Assembly (NCBI GenBank): GCA_965112155.1 | Contig: OZ218105.1 | Length of the DNA stretch: 64,000 nucleotides | Origin: Podarcis liolepis | Lineage: Eukaryota | Direction: 5' to 3' (one strand) | Made by a program: the position numbers and the translations under genes | Notes under the pieces: model-generated | The model's input: the letters and a program-made list of their open reading frames with translations, nothing else | Told to the model about the DNA's origin: nothing | Database searches by the model: none | Shown: one piece after another, positions 13,368-26,843 of the stretch | Layout of the letters: each line of letters starts with the position of its first letter | How positions within the stretch are numbered: position 1 is the first letter of the stretch

Positions 13368-15598
13368 ACACTGCATAAAAGATAGTCGGCTGCTGAAGAA
13401 GGAGGCATTAGAGAAGGCTGTGCTGCTGTTTAATATTGCTGTGTTTTTAAAGTGTACCTTGAGAGAAAGAAAAAAGAGGTTAGCACGGAAGGAGGTTCGC
13501 ATGGATTCATTGCAGCCCTTAAGCTACTACATTTGCCAGGGATGTTTTCCATTAATCAAAAGGAAAGTCAAAGCCCAGATACAGTGATAATGAACTTTGA
13601 CACAGACTGAAGAAAATATATGAATAGATAAATAAAAGCAGCATCCATGTCCAGAGGCAGAGGATCCAAAACATTGGAGGTCTGTAAGAAAGTGTTATAA
13701 TTCTCATTACGTGTACAATTTTCTGACCTATTATTATTGCTTATGAATATACAGCCTCCCACTTTGTAAAAGGAGTGTGTGTTCACTTACAGCACCCACA
13801 GAGTATGTGCTATTCAGGGCATCCATTGAGACTGCTAGTCTGGCGAACCAAAACAATCAGATACTGATAAAGTTTCTCTAGCCAGCCACAAACATAACTT
13901 AAATGGGGAGGGGAACTGTATTGTTTTTTGGATTGGTATTAGTGCCCCAAAGATAAGGATATGGTGGCTTGACTTCAATGAGCCCTCAACTTGACTACTG
14001 AACCTGTAATCCTGAGCACAGGGCTTGCTTTTTATATAAACTGGCTGTGAAGGGGTGGAGAACAAATGTGACTGAAGGAAATTATGGGTATGTTATTGAA
14101 AGAAAGTCACCTTAGAAAGGGTGTTAGTGCAGGACATTTCTGAGGTGAGGCAGATTTCAATGTGGGAGAAGGCTTATTTACCTGTGAAACCCCAGCTACA
14201 GAATATCCTCCCCAAAGAGATGTTACCTACATTGTTGCTGTTCAGGTAAAAAGATTTCTTTGCATACAATTGTTTTAAATTTATGATGTTTTTACTTATT
14301 ACAGTGTTTTATCTGCTGATGTTACTCTGCATTATAATGTGTTGTACTGTCATTATAAACTGCCTTGAAATCTGATAACACATAATGGCTGTATTTATCA
14401 AAAACAAAAATTCTAGGTGGAGGAAAATACTGCATTTCTTTAAATATAAAAAATCAATATCTTTGAAACCAGATAGCAGAGAATATTAAGAGTAAACAAG
14501 ATAAAATACAGGTGGCTCCTGTATGCTTAATGGTTATGCAGAAGTTGCATTTTAAATAAGTGCAGGTTTTCCTACTCATACCTGATAAGCAGCAACTGCT
14601 GAAATTCCATCTTCCACACACAGCTACTAACAATATAATGGCTTCATTCTCCTTAGCATCTGATTACCTCAGAGACTGTCACAGTTACGTGTCTGACAGT
14701 TGAAGGCCTGCTTGTTATTGGACGTTCAAGATAGCCCTTTGCACCCTTAAAAGTAGCTCTCTTGTTGTGGGGCTGGGGGAAGAATAATAAAAGTGATTGT
14801 TTCATTATGTTTTACAGCCCATTTCTTCCTTAGTTGCTAGGAACACCTGCTAGGCTAAATTAATTAACATATAATTGGAATGAATGCCAATAATTAAGGG
14901 AGCCAAGTACCTCACTAGAAGTTTACATTTAGTTTTGATAAGACAATTATTCTGAGGTGAGAGGGATAACACAGCAAACATTTTGCTTGGACTAATTTGG
15001 AAATTTCCACTGTCCCAAACTTTAGAGAATATTAAGAACCTCTTTCTTCCTTCAAAGGCATTTGAGACATCTGAAGATAAGAAAAGCCAACTGAAAAAGA
15101 ATATCCTAGTACTGTGCAGCAGTCTTAGTACAAACTGAATCCTTTGGACCACATTCTGGCAAATGTTGTAGCTGTCTGAAAACAGAAAACCCCAAGTAGC
15201 ACAAATAGAGATATTTCTTTAAACTCTTTCTCAGACTACTGAATAAACTATTTTGTGGTCCTCCATGAGAAGAGGCCCAGACCAAGACACCAACACTTTG
15301 AAACACAAGAAGGAACGCTTGTAAAAGTTTAATGGCTCTGTTTAGACTCCAATTCCTGCCTTCAGCTGTCTGCCTATCCCCGTTGTGCAGTCTGAAATAG
15401 GAAAGTTCACCTTGCTGCAGGGTTTGGCTGGACCTGCATAAGAAATATCTAATTTATCACAGTTCCAATGTATAGGCTGAGGCTTGCCTTTGTTTTTTTT
15501 TTTTAATTAATTTAAACACTGTTCCTGTGCCTTCAATAAGCCTGACATTCAGATCTTTACCTAGTGAGAGATTCCCATCATTCTGGAACTGTTATATA

Positions 15599-15856
15599 CC
15601 GTATTTTTCGCTCTATAAGATGCACCAGACCACAAGACGCACCTAGTTTTTGGAGGAGGAAAACAAGAAAAAAAATATTCTGAATCTCAGAAGCCAGAAC
15701 AGCAAGAGGGATCGCTGCGCAGTGAAAGTAGCAATCCCTCTTGCTGTTCTGGCTTCTGTTATAGCTGCGCAGGCTGCATTCGCTCCATAAGACGCACACA
15801 CATTCCCCTTACTTTTTAGGAGGGAAAAAGTGAGTCTTATAGAGCAAAAAATACAG
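15599..15856. mobile_element. Tc2-like (CCGTATTTTT-TIR) MITE, 258 bp
   Basis: TIR ccgtatttttcgctctataaga / tcttatagagcaaaaaatacag, TA TSDs, central hairpin cagaagccagaacagcaagaggga...tccctcttgctgttctggcttctg. Confidence 0.85.
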
Positions 15857-17392
15857 TATTTGCTGTGTTTACATGACTATACTCCCATGCAAAAGGGGAG
15901 GGGAAATTTGGAGATAGCAGGACTGAGGAGCTGGGCACCAGAGATATTTCTCCAGAATAAAAACAGTGTGCTTGGTAGGAAATATTATTAACTATTTTCT
16001 TTATTGCCATGCTTAAATGTGAAATGCAACTGTAAATTGAACACGCCATAAAACTTACAAGGTGATTAAAGTATTGCCAGTTTTGGTGCCACTGCACATA
16101 ATAAAATGAAGCAAAATGCTAGCCCAGTTTACTACTTTCCATCATACACACACATACAAATTAGTTCCTCTACAGGAGAATCTGAACAGAAAGCAAGAAA
16201 TCAAGTAATGAAGTGAGACAAAGAAAAGAACGTCTCCAGGAAACTATTAGTTCAGCAGAGTGGCTTTAAGTGCTAGGGAAAGGAGCAATTTCAATAGGTG
16301 CTTAATATTCAGGCCTCCAAATATGTCCCGAGAATTGGGATTTGTCAGTTGAAAAAAACACATCTAGTGTTTATTCATTAAGAATTACTTTGGGTGGAAA
16401 ATTGCTTAAATTTGGTTCGCTTGAATTGGTATTCGAAGTTTTGGATGTCTTGTAAACTGAAGGTACAGATGCTCACCCCTGCATTACAATGTTCAGAGGC
16501 ACCAAGAACATATAATCTGAATGGTGCAGCAAGACTTTAAAATGTGATGGCCCTGTTAGCAAGATTACATAATATATATGCAGTCCAGAGAGAAAGAATA
16601 ATACTTTACTAAACAAAAATACCTTGTATAATCTTCCTTAGTTCAGTCCTTGTACATAGCAGGGAGACAGCCAACAAAACATACTGAGGAAAAGTTCTCT
16701 CAGAACTACATAGCCAGTCAGAACACATGCCACCTTAGTGATGATCATGGCTGAGCAGCACCTCTGCCCTCCCACCTTGGCTAGCTTACTAATGGAAGAA
16801 TTAATCCTTCTGTCACATACAGATGATCTCTGCTGTTTCACTTAAGCAGGCCAGTATCGTGAGGGTCAAATGTCCCCCATCCCTGGCAAAAAGCAAATAT
16901 AGTAGGAACATTTTGTTTTATCATTTTTTTAAAAAAATCCCCCGTAAGGGAATTTCTACATCCCAAAATGAAAATTAGATACTGGATAAAATGATTTCAT
17001 GTACATGTATTATTAAATAAAAGCACAATCTAATAAAAACTCTGGACTTGAGCCTTAAAATGTTGCTATAGCACTGACCTTCTCAGTCCTTGAAATAAAC
17101 TAAAACCACAATGACAGATTATTTCCAGAGAGATGTCTGCAGCATCTCCACAGAGTGAAGAATGGTGATAAACCAAATAACAGCAATCCTATTGATGGGT
17201 ATGGCTGCTGTGGCGGGTTCCCCTCACTGCAAGCAGGGTGGGAAGTGAGAAGGGGTGGCTTTTCCTTTTCCACTTTTAAAACATTTCACCCTTTTCCTTC
17301 CCATTGACTGTGGCAGCTCAAAGTGTGTGTCATTGTGTGTCATTGTTTAGATTGTTCAGCTTTGCATAGTTATTGGTTGTTGTTTTTTAAGC

Positions 17393-17776
17393 GAAGGATG
17401 AATCTGTCAATTTCAATTGCCCTCAGCTATTTTTCAAAACTCATGTTTAGCTCACTATATTTCTGCATCAGTTTACATGAGTCCTCACAAAATTCTTCAC
17501 ATTTTAGTATGCACCTTTGTATTCAGTGTTGCATAATATACATATTTTGGGAACAATTCTCCCTAGTATAATGTTTCGGTATGTTATTTTCAGAAAGATA
17601 TACCATTTGCCCTCATATACACCTTTTTTCACCATTTAATTCCTTTTAGTTGGAATCAGCACCACAAAATATGGAGACTTGTGATTTTCATAGGGTAGTA
17701 CTTTTTCCAGCTTGCATCATGTTCCAGAAAGTGCACCTAGTTTTGTGAGTAGAACTGAATTTCTCCCCCATGCCTA
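17393..17776 (-). mobile_element. Second copy of the AT-rich DNA element seen at 5060-5473
   Basis: Ends gaactgaatttctcccccatgccta, the reverse complement of the start of the 5060 copy. Confidence 0.55.
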
Positions 17777-17807
17777 GTGCAGAGTAGGGGCAAGCCAGCT
17801 CACACCC

Positions 17808-17947
17808 ATGTTGTGGAGGAATGGAGCTTTGATGATGCCAAGGTTGCAGGTTCAATCCCCATATGGGACAGCTGCATATTCCTGCACTGCAGGGGGTTGG
17901 ACTAGATGATCCTCAGGGTCCCTTCCAACTCTACAATTCTATTATGC
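17808..17947 (+). mobile_element. tRNA-derived SINE with CR1-type tail (POM-SINE-like)
   Basis: B-box-like ggttcaatcccc, followed by gggttggactagatgatcctcagggtcccttccaactctacaattcta (CR1-like 3' end). Confidence 0.65.
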
Positions 17948-18107
17948 TTTCTCTTTAAATTCATTTTGCACCAATGGGAACTTTTACTCATATTGCAAAC
18001 AGTAGACATGGGACCTTCTACTGTATATTCCCATCAGAACCATGGCAGGGACAAACATCACAGTCTCCAGAAGATGTTTAGAGTGTGCACAGGGGGAGGA
18101 GGGGCAT

Positions 18108-18285
18108 AAAGAATTGTCGAGTTGGAAGGGACCCCAAGGGTCATCTAGTCCAACTAAATCTCAACTAAAGCATCCATGAGAGATGGCCATCCAGCCTCTG
18201 CTGAAAAACCTCCAAAGAAAGAGAACCCACTGTTGAACATCTCTTACTGTCGGAAATTTCTTCCTGATGTTTTGTTGGAATCTTG
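18108..18285 (-). mobile_element. CR1-type LINE 3' end
   Basis: gagttggaagggaccccaagggtcatctagtccaac...gatggccatccagcctctgc; homologous to 5546-5653. Confidence 0.65.
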
Positions 18286-21200
18286 TGCTCATACATAACT
18301 GACTTAGCACTGCATTGAATTCAACCCTATAAATTTAAATTGGCAATCCTAGTTACCTGGGAGTAAGCCTCACTGAACATAGCAGAAAGACGTAGGGTTG
18401 CAAGGTTGCTATTCCTTTTTCTTGAATGCTGTGACCATTCAGAGTATCTGTTTGTGGGGAAGGAAGGTGGAGTGTAAATAGAATTGAATGGCTGATGCCT
18501 GTTTATTTATTGGTTTGTTGGTTTGTTGGTTTGATGGTTTGTTGGTTTGTTTGAATCAACATTCTGTTCCTGTAGGCTTTATAATGGCTTTCAGTCCTCC
18601 CATGTACAGTGTGATTCTAGAAGAGATATTTGTAGAGAGTGGAAAGGAGGGAGACTGTTTTGCTTTCTGTGTTGATTGGTTGCCTTTGTATCACTCCTGC
18701 TAGCTGAAAAGTAATAAATTATAGAACTATATATTTGGTGAGTAAAGTGCTGCAGTAAGTTGATGGAAGCTCTAACTGACTATTCAGCAACTCAAATGAA
18801 TTTTGTAGGAACATAAAGCAAATGTTCTGGCTATCATTACACAGATCACATTTTGGATGATTAAGTCCATGCGCCAAAACTTATATTTAATTTAATTCTA
18901 ACAAATGCAAACTATAACAGCAGTAATTGTATTTCTTTAAAAAAAGAAAAACCCACCACACACACCAATTAGCGGTTTTGCAACTGTTGCAATGTGATAG
19001 GCAGATGCTAAAATGCTGATGTGGCAAGAGTGAAGGTAGACTTTTATGAGCACTGTCAGTTATGGTAGTGAAAGACCAAACAACAGATTTAAAAAGACAG
19101 TTTGATCTCTCCAGGAAGATCCATGATTAGAAGGGCTTTATTGATGACAGATGTTAATGACACATGGCTGCTTTTAGATTTTGAAGCCCCAGCTGTTAAT
19201 TCAGATGGAGATTACCTAACACTGGTGTTTGCAAAATGTCAAGGTGTAACTTAGCACTCAATATGTCAAATGACACAGTTTTTCATTTCAGTTATTTCTA
19301 AATAAACCCTTGCACATAAAACTTAATTGATAGCTTCAATTTCTATTGTCAGCATTTTGATGCATGTCCCAGATCCAGCCCTATTTGTCGTGTCTTGTCA
19401 AACTCCAATTAGCTGTGTTTACAAGACTTGTAAAAGAGCAGTGAAATATTAGAAATGCACACTTAAGCCATAGAAATGGCAAGTGGGAAATATTTATTAG
19501 TAATTCTTAACAAACAGTTTTATTAAAACCATGAACTTGAATACCACAATCTAGCAAAGGCGACGTGCTCATAAAAGCACATATCTCCAGCTGAACTGGT
19601 AGCTGGGTGCATGAAAGGTTGCTGAGCACATCATTTCCGGGACCAGGGCTGCCTACATGGTTCACAACTATGGAGATATAGCACATGCAGCACCAAACAG
19701 GTGTTCATTAGCACTATCCGTTTTGACAGTGTGGTTATTTACTGGGTGCAGAGAATAACTCCACTATTATACTATGAAGAGGAAAGAAGGCTTGAATTCA
19801 GACCCTCATTTCTCTCCAGCCTGTGATCTGTGGGGTGGCTAGAAACATTGAGATACATGCAGTAGTGACCGGGTAGCCCATTGCTGAGGATGCATTTCTC
19901 GTTTTTGAGGTCAAAGTAGTTTCCACCATGAAATAATGCAATGCAGCACTATGACTGACAGCTGCAACAAAATGTTCCATTGGGTCCTCATGCACTAGTA
20001 GGCATTTGCCAGCCAGGCAACTATGTTGCTACCCAGGATATTAAAAATCTAAAGCAGGCCAGTTTATTTATTTATTTATTTATTTATTTTAAAAAGTACC
20101 TCTATAGCACTATATCACAATGTATACCAATGCTGTGTACACTATAAAATATGACTGAAAATGTAAATAAGTAATCATTCAGGTGACTGACTAATCAACT
20201 GCAAAGGTCTGTTGACACACAAAAAAGGCTTCAAGAAACACCTGAAAGTCTAAAGTGAGGGTGTCTTCAGATATCACAGTAGTATTTTCATTCTCATTAC
20301 TGCTTTTGCATTACTCAGCCCACAAAGAAAATGGCCTCTTGGTGATACAGCCCTACTGCTGTTAAACTTTCTAGGGCTGACACACCATTACCACCTCCAA
20401 GATGTTGGTATACTGAAGCAAAGATTCCGGAAACAGGTTGCCCTTAGACAGGGTGAGTGTTTTCTGTACATGCACAGCAGATTGTGGCATTAATCGTGAA
20501 GCTGCTCTAGGACCTAAACACAACTGTTACAGTGTTGTTGCATGCTAATGGCTGCAATCCAACTAACTTCTAAAAATGTCAAAGGATTATGGGGCCCAGC
20601 AACAGGCACAGAGAGGACAGAAGGCAGAAAATGGCAGGCAGGCAGCTGCCACTTGCATAATAAATGATTCCTTTTTAGCTAGCCAACTCTTTTTCATGTG
20701 AACTCTAATTTCATCTGGAGAATTTATCTCTTCCACTGCTGTGGACCATAAAATAGTTTTGCAATGTTGTTAGTATATACTGTGCACTGTGCTACGTCAG
20801 CACTCTCGAAGCAGTGCTTTTTCTCTAAAAACAAGCGAGCAAAACCAGTACCGTAAGTGCTATTTACAAAGCCCAAATGAGATCCACTCAATGGACTCTT
20901 GAAGTAACTCTGCTACTAGATAAAAATGACTAGAGAAGCTGAGAAATCATTTCCCTTAAATTCAACACAATAAATATTTGACCAGACTCATTGAAGATTA
21001 ATTGTTACTCTGTATGCTCAGATAGGGCATTTTTTATTCTTCTGTTAATGTATTTACATTTTTATGTTCTCCTATTCTGAAAATTCAGATTACTGTAGTG
21101 AGATGCAAGGAACAAGACCACATGTCAATTTAAATTCACATAAGCTCTGTTGTCTTAACCTCTCAGCACCAAATGGCAGAACAAACAGAGGAACATTGCA

Positions 21201-22739
21201 TACTTCATTAGGAAAACTGTACAGTCTTCAGACTGAGGAAAGATTTCTATGCTTGCGACTCAAGTGGACACCTTTCTGTGAGTCTTTGTTGTCTGATCAC
21301 AATTCACCTTCAGGGATAAATTGTCGATCTTGATTAATAACAGTTGCAATGGCAGCTGGAGAAGGGTACAGTCAGTTACATATGTAGCGGAGCTCTAGCT
21401 CATTATGGCTTTTTGTCAAAATCAAGCATGTTGAATTGATGGAAACCAACAGGAGGCCGGTGTGAAGAGCTGAGCCATTCTTGTTACATGTGGAGCTGCA
21501 TCATTTGTACAGACGCCTGCCAAAGGTAGCAAAGAAGCACAGTGTATTAAGATAATTCCACCAGATTCCGTGCTATTTGGTGCTTCCTAAAGAGACTTTT
21601 GCCCTGACCTTCTCAGGTGCTTTCCAGGCTTCAGGCTGCACCCAGGCCTCTTAGGAAGACTCTTACCCTTTATAAATACTCTGAATAGATTCAGATGCAG
21701 TGGAGAAGAGCCATTCCATGGTTGCAAGGAGGATGCCTCTATGGAAAGACTTCCCACTCCATCGGTAGACCTCCCTCTCTAACTGTGGAGTGGGAAATTC
21801 ATACTATCTTATATGCTCCAGGGACACCCTCCCAGAGATGGTAGAATCAGACATAATTGGCATAGACTCCAGCTGTGATCATACATTAGGTGATATAGCG
21901 CATTGCAATATTTTATATGAAAGTTTGGTTTAAATTGTTTAAACAAATGAATGGCTCATATTAGGCTAACTGAATTTTAGTCATTGTTCATTCTGCACTG
22001 GGTCCCTCTTCCCAAAGTGCACCTGGGTCCCCATGCCACAAGGCTTCTGACTACAGGCCTAGGTGCTGGGAGATTGTAGGAGAGAGCTGCAAGACTTTTG
22101 TTTCCTTTAGCAAATATGTATTACTGTGATAAAGGGGGGGCACTTTAAGTGGAAGGTTTAATCATTTATTTTAAATTGGGTGGGGGACTTTTCCACATTA
22201 TGCTTGTCAGTGAAATTCTTCCCACTGAGTTTTATATGCGCATCTACTTCTAGAGCAATGACAATATATATATATTTCTTTTCGTTTAGAAAAGTATTCA
22301 TTTAAAGTAGTATATTTTAAATTATAACTTCTTGCTGCCCTGGGCTCCTTTGGGAAGAATGGCAGGATATAAATGTAATAATTAATAAAATAAAAAGCAT
22401 TTCTCATATAAAAATGTTTTAAGTGTGTTATAATTGTCTTGGTATTTTATTTTTATACAATTGGTAATTGCCCTGGATAACAATAACATAATCTGTAAAT
22501 ACTGCAGCTGTTTCCCTTCATATACTATTAAAGATTTTCTTCTTCTCCTTTAAATTCCATGGAAAGTAGGAGACTTTCCATCAAATTAAGTCAGCTGCTG
22601 GGATGTTTGTCAGCATCCAAAGTTGTTGTCAACTGAAGTGCATTGATTTCCCCAAAACATTCTCCAACCTCTAAATCAGAGAGCCACTGGAGCTGGCAAA
22701 AGTTTGCCAAGTGTGATTGTGTATGTACATTTCTTAATA

Positions 22740-22981
22740 CAGTGGTACCTTGGGTTACAAACGCTTTGGGTTACAAATGCTTCAGGTTACAGAGTCCACT
22801 AACCTGGAAGTAGTACCTCGGGTTAAGAACTTTACTTCAGGATGCGAACAGAAATCGTGTGGCAGCGGCGTGGCAGCAGCGGGAGGCCCCATTAGCTAAA
22901 GTGGTACCTCAGGTTAAGAACAGTTTCAGGTTAAAAACAGACCTCCAGAACGAAATAAGTTCTTAACCAGAGGTACCACTG
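22740..22981. mobile_element. Tc1/mariner (Tigger-like) MITE, same family as 11054-11295
   Basis: TIR cagtggtacct / aggtaccactg, TA TSDs, colinear with the 11054 copy. Confidence 0.9.
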
Positions 22982-23975
22982 TACAATTAAATGCCTGTGT
23001 CAAGCATTTTTTTAAAAATATAATGAATTATTAGTTAGAATAAATAGCCCCCAGTAACAATTCTGGCTACAAAGATATTTTGCTCAATGATCAGTCTCAG
23101 TCAAATGGCCTGCATCTCACAATTATTTGTTAATTAGAAAGTGAACTAGTGAAGCCAAAATAAAACATTACAACAAGCCCTCCTTTCAAAAAGTGAAGCC
23201 TGCTGTTGTTAAAAGATATCCAATCTCAGGTATTAGATTTGCTCACTTTTACATATAGCTTGAAAAATGAAGTGTATTTTTTACATTGGAGCAGCTTCAA
23301 AATTATGGTTTGTTTAGTTCACAGATTGCATCTCCAAGAACATTCATTTCTTTAACAAAGTGCTTCCAATAGAAGCATTTTTGTTCTGATCTGATCTTAA
23401 AGCCCTCTGACATAATTCCAGGAGCATGAATGTGGTTAGGATTGATAGAATAGTTTCATCAAGTGTGCCAAGGATATACAGCACATTGCAATTAGTCTCT
23501 GAAGAGTGGCAATTTTACATTTGCCATCTTCCCCCAAGAGCCATGACAAATGTCATTTTTGTCCCCCCTTTCCCTTCACAGCTGAGAAGCCGCAGCCAGT
23601 CAAGCGCACCATCATTTCCATTTCCTATGTTCTGAGGTTGTGAGGAGAGGAGCACAAAAACAATACTTGTAGTCTCCCACGGAATCTGAGCTTGCTGGCC
23701 ACAGCCATTGCAATGGCTTAGCTAATTTGGGTGTTTGCTTATGCCACCAATTCTAGCTCTAGAGATTAGTGACACATGTAAGGAGATATTCCTAGCTTGT
23801 CCTGTAGGACTGAGTCTGATAAGATGTATGCATATGTCTGCTCGTAAAACATTCATATGACATCTAGAATGGGGAGTTACACAAAGCCTTTTAATTTCAG
23901 CATTATGACCATGGTGGATGCTAGAGAAGAGCTACCCAGTATGTTACTGCATGTATTCCAATGTTCAGTTTGAAA

Positions 23976-24191
23976 GATGATGATGATTTATTACTTATAC
24001 CCCGCCCATCTGGCTGGGTTTCCCCAGCCACTCTGGGCAGCTTCCAACAAGAGATTAAAAATACATTAAACCATCAGTCATTAAAAACTTCCCTAAAAGG
24101 GCTGCCTTCAGATGTCTTCTAAACATCAGGTAGTTGTTTATTTCTTTGACATCTGATGGGAGGGCGTTCCACAGGGCGGGCACCATTACTG
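23976..24191 (-). mobile_element. L2-type LINE 3' end
   Basis: Reverse complement of the 3' part of 54250-54600 (ataccccgcccatctggctggg...ccagccactctgggcagctt); short (GAT)n tail on the + strand. Confidence 0.75.
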
Positions 24192-26753
24192 TGATGTTTT
24201 TGAAAGTGATGCTTTTGGAAGACAGAAACATTTTTTGGGGGGGACCCTAAACTTGAGAGTATTCTCCTATTTCAATTACATTTCTGCCATTTTTTCTCTT
24301 CTCTGCTGCTGCTTTTCATTATAGAACCCTCTTCCTCAGTTAGTCACATGGTCAATCCCGACCACTAAGGAATTACATAGGGAGCAGGATGACATCATAA
24401 CATGATGTGGCTAATCAGATTTGATTATGTGTTGATGTCACTGGTGGATAACTAAGCCAATGCATTGTCCTCATTCTAAACAGAATCCCTTTTCTCCCTT
24501 TCAACACCATCTTCAAAGACTGCCAAAAAAGGGAGTGCTTTTCAACACTGCCCGAAATCTTCACAAAAGGAACCCCCTCTTTGGCTCTTCCCTGTTCTAG
24601 AGTATTTACTACTGCTCATTGTGTTTGGATACAGTTATTTTTTTACTGAAATGGCGGTCAAAAACTCAAAGCACGGTGCCAAGCAGTGCTTAAATGCTTT
24701 TTGTTGTTGTTGGTATCTTGCCCTGCTTTGGACAGGAGCACAACAATGGCTACCCTGCTGAGAAATGTTGTGTTCTTTTGAGCTTTGTTCTTCTTCTCTT
24801 CACAGACCTACTTGAAGTTCAATGGATAAGCTTTAACAAAAAGAGCAAGAGGATTGCTGCGTTGTTTGCGATAGGATTTTTTTTTTAATCAAGAACTGAT
24901 GTCTTCATTTCCTCCCCATCAATTACTTACCCCACCATAAAGCTCCACTGTTTAAATGGAGAGGGTTTTCTGCTTCCTCAAAACTCTGCAGGGTATGCTT
25001 TCCTCTTTGTTTATTTCTCTTGGAGAAAAGCCTGTTTTCCTGTCTTTTTGTGTGATTAAAATTGTCTTTTCAATGCCGCCCTATGGGCCACTTTCAGCAC
25101 AGAACAATGCAATGAATAAAATTAATCAAAGTGGTAACAAAGGATCAGAGTTCTTTTCACGAAGTGTCATTTCTACAAACATTGTTATGAATTCTTCTAA
25201 TATAAATGGAAGCATGTTATCCAAGGGAAACATATAAACATTTTTGAGAGAGAGAAATAGTTTAAGGGCTTTTTATTATTAAGCTGCCTTTTAAATTTCA
25301 AGCTAAATTTAGCACTGAAGAGATGAGTCGCCCAGCATTTAAAAAGGGAACATTTTTATGCCACCCCAAATCTGACAGCTCAGTGCTTTTGTTGCTGTAA
25401 GAGAACATAGCTTCTATATTTATCACTTTTATAAAGGTAAACATTCCCTCAACAGCAGTTATAAGTAATTCCTTAGCAGCAGTGTAGTGGGGTGACTTTA
25501 TTCTGCTTTAGTTTGTGAGTCTGTTCACATATGATACTTGCCAGACCAAAATAAAGAAATCATAGAATTAAAATCCAGTGCCCCAATCTAGCTAGGAAAC
25601 TCTGCACATTTCAAAGCAAACTTCTGGATACACATTCTTAGGTGGGTGGAAAACTTTGTGCGCAACTAATGCTGAGCAAATGGTTCCTGTATGTGTTTGG
25701 AAAGCTCATTTTTTTAAAAGGACTTACTCTACTTTGGGTTCATTCTGTCTGAAAAGGAACTAGTCGTAGTTTGTCCTTTTACAAAGTGAGCTAATCCAGT
25801 TCAGGTTCACCCAAGCCCCTGTGCTGGCATGGAGAAGATATTCCATTCTGAGTCTCTGGAGGAAGTCAGCACAGACAGGGAAATAGATCTCATTTCAGTG
25901 AACTTGCTCGCTTCAGCCCCAACAGAGCTGAAAAAGCAGGAAGCTCCTGTAACGGAACTACATTATTCTCTCCCTCCCTCCCCTCCCCTTTCATGCATAT
26001 GCTAGAAAAGGCTGTTATAGTTGACAGAGAAAGAACTGCCTGGCTTTAGTAAGGACTTAATAAAGCAAGAAGTATGCTTAATGTTTACAGAAGTGTCCTT
26101 CAGCTGGATCACAGGGTGGCTGGTGATGCACTATGTAGATACTTAGATGTTTTAAATCTGTTGTTATTTTATTTTTAATTGTATTGTTTGCCACACTGGG
26201 CTCCTTTGGGAGGAAAGGCAGGATATAAGTTTAGTAAGTAAATAAGTAAAACCCTAATCAAAAGAAGCTGCTTTAACTTTCACTGACATTGGCTCGGGGT
26301 ATTCCGAGTGTGGTCTGATAACTAATGCCTAATAAAAGCTGTGAGGTGAGCAATTCCTCCTGACTATGTCCATGTATATAAAGGAAGAGGAGGGTTGTAG
26401 AAAGGAAAGCACCCCCTTTGACATGCCCCTGCCTACAGAAGTCCAAGAGGCACCATGTTGGCTTCCCCTGCCATATAGACACAGGCTGTGATAGAGGCAG
26501 ACAAACGTTTCTTGTGTTTTGCCTTGAGCTCCACATGGCATGCCTCAGAAAGCAAACAGCCTACATAAACCATCCTGTTTTTGTGAAAAATAGGCAAACA
26601 GCTTAAAAAGGTGGAACACTTTCAGCTTCCTAACAAAACTGAAGAAAACACCCAACCCAGAATTGTTGTGAGATGAAGGGAAGAGGAAGTAGGAAGCAGG
26701 TGCTGATTATAGCTAGAACAATATTGGTGGCATCTCATGAAGGCTTATGCAGA

Positions 26754-26828
<75 letters not shown>

Positions 26829-26843
26829 TATCATTATCATTAT
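26754..26843. repeat. Compound microsatellite (ATT)n(ATC)n
   Basis: Directly visible trinucleotide runs. Confidence 0.97.
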
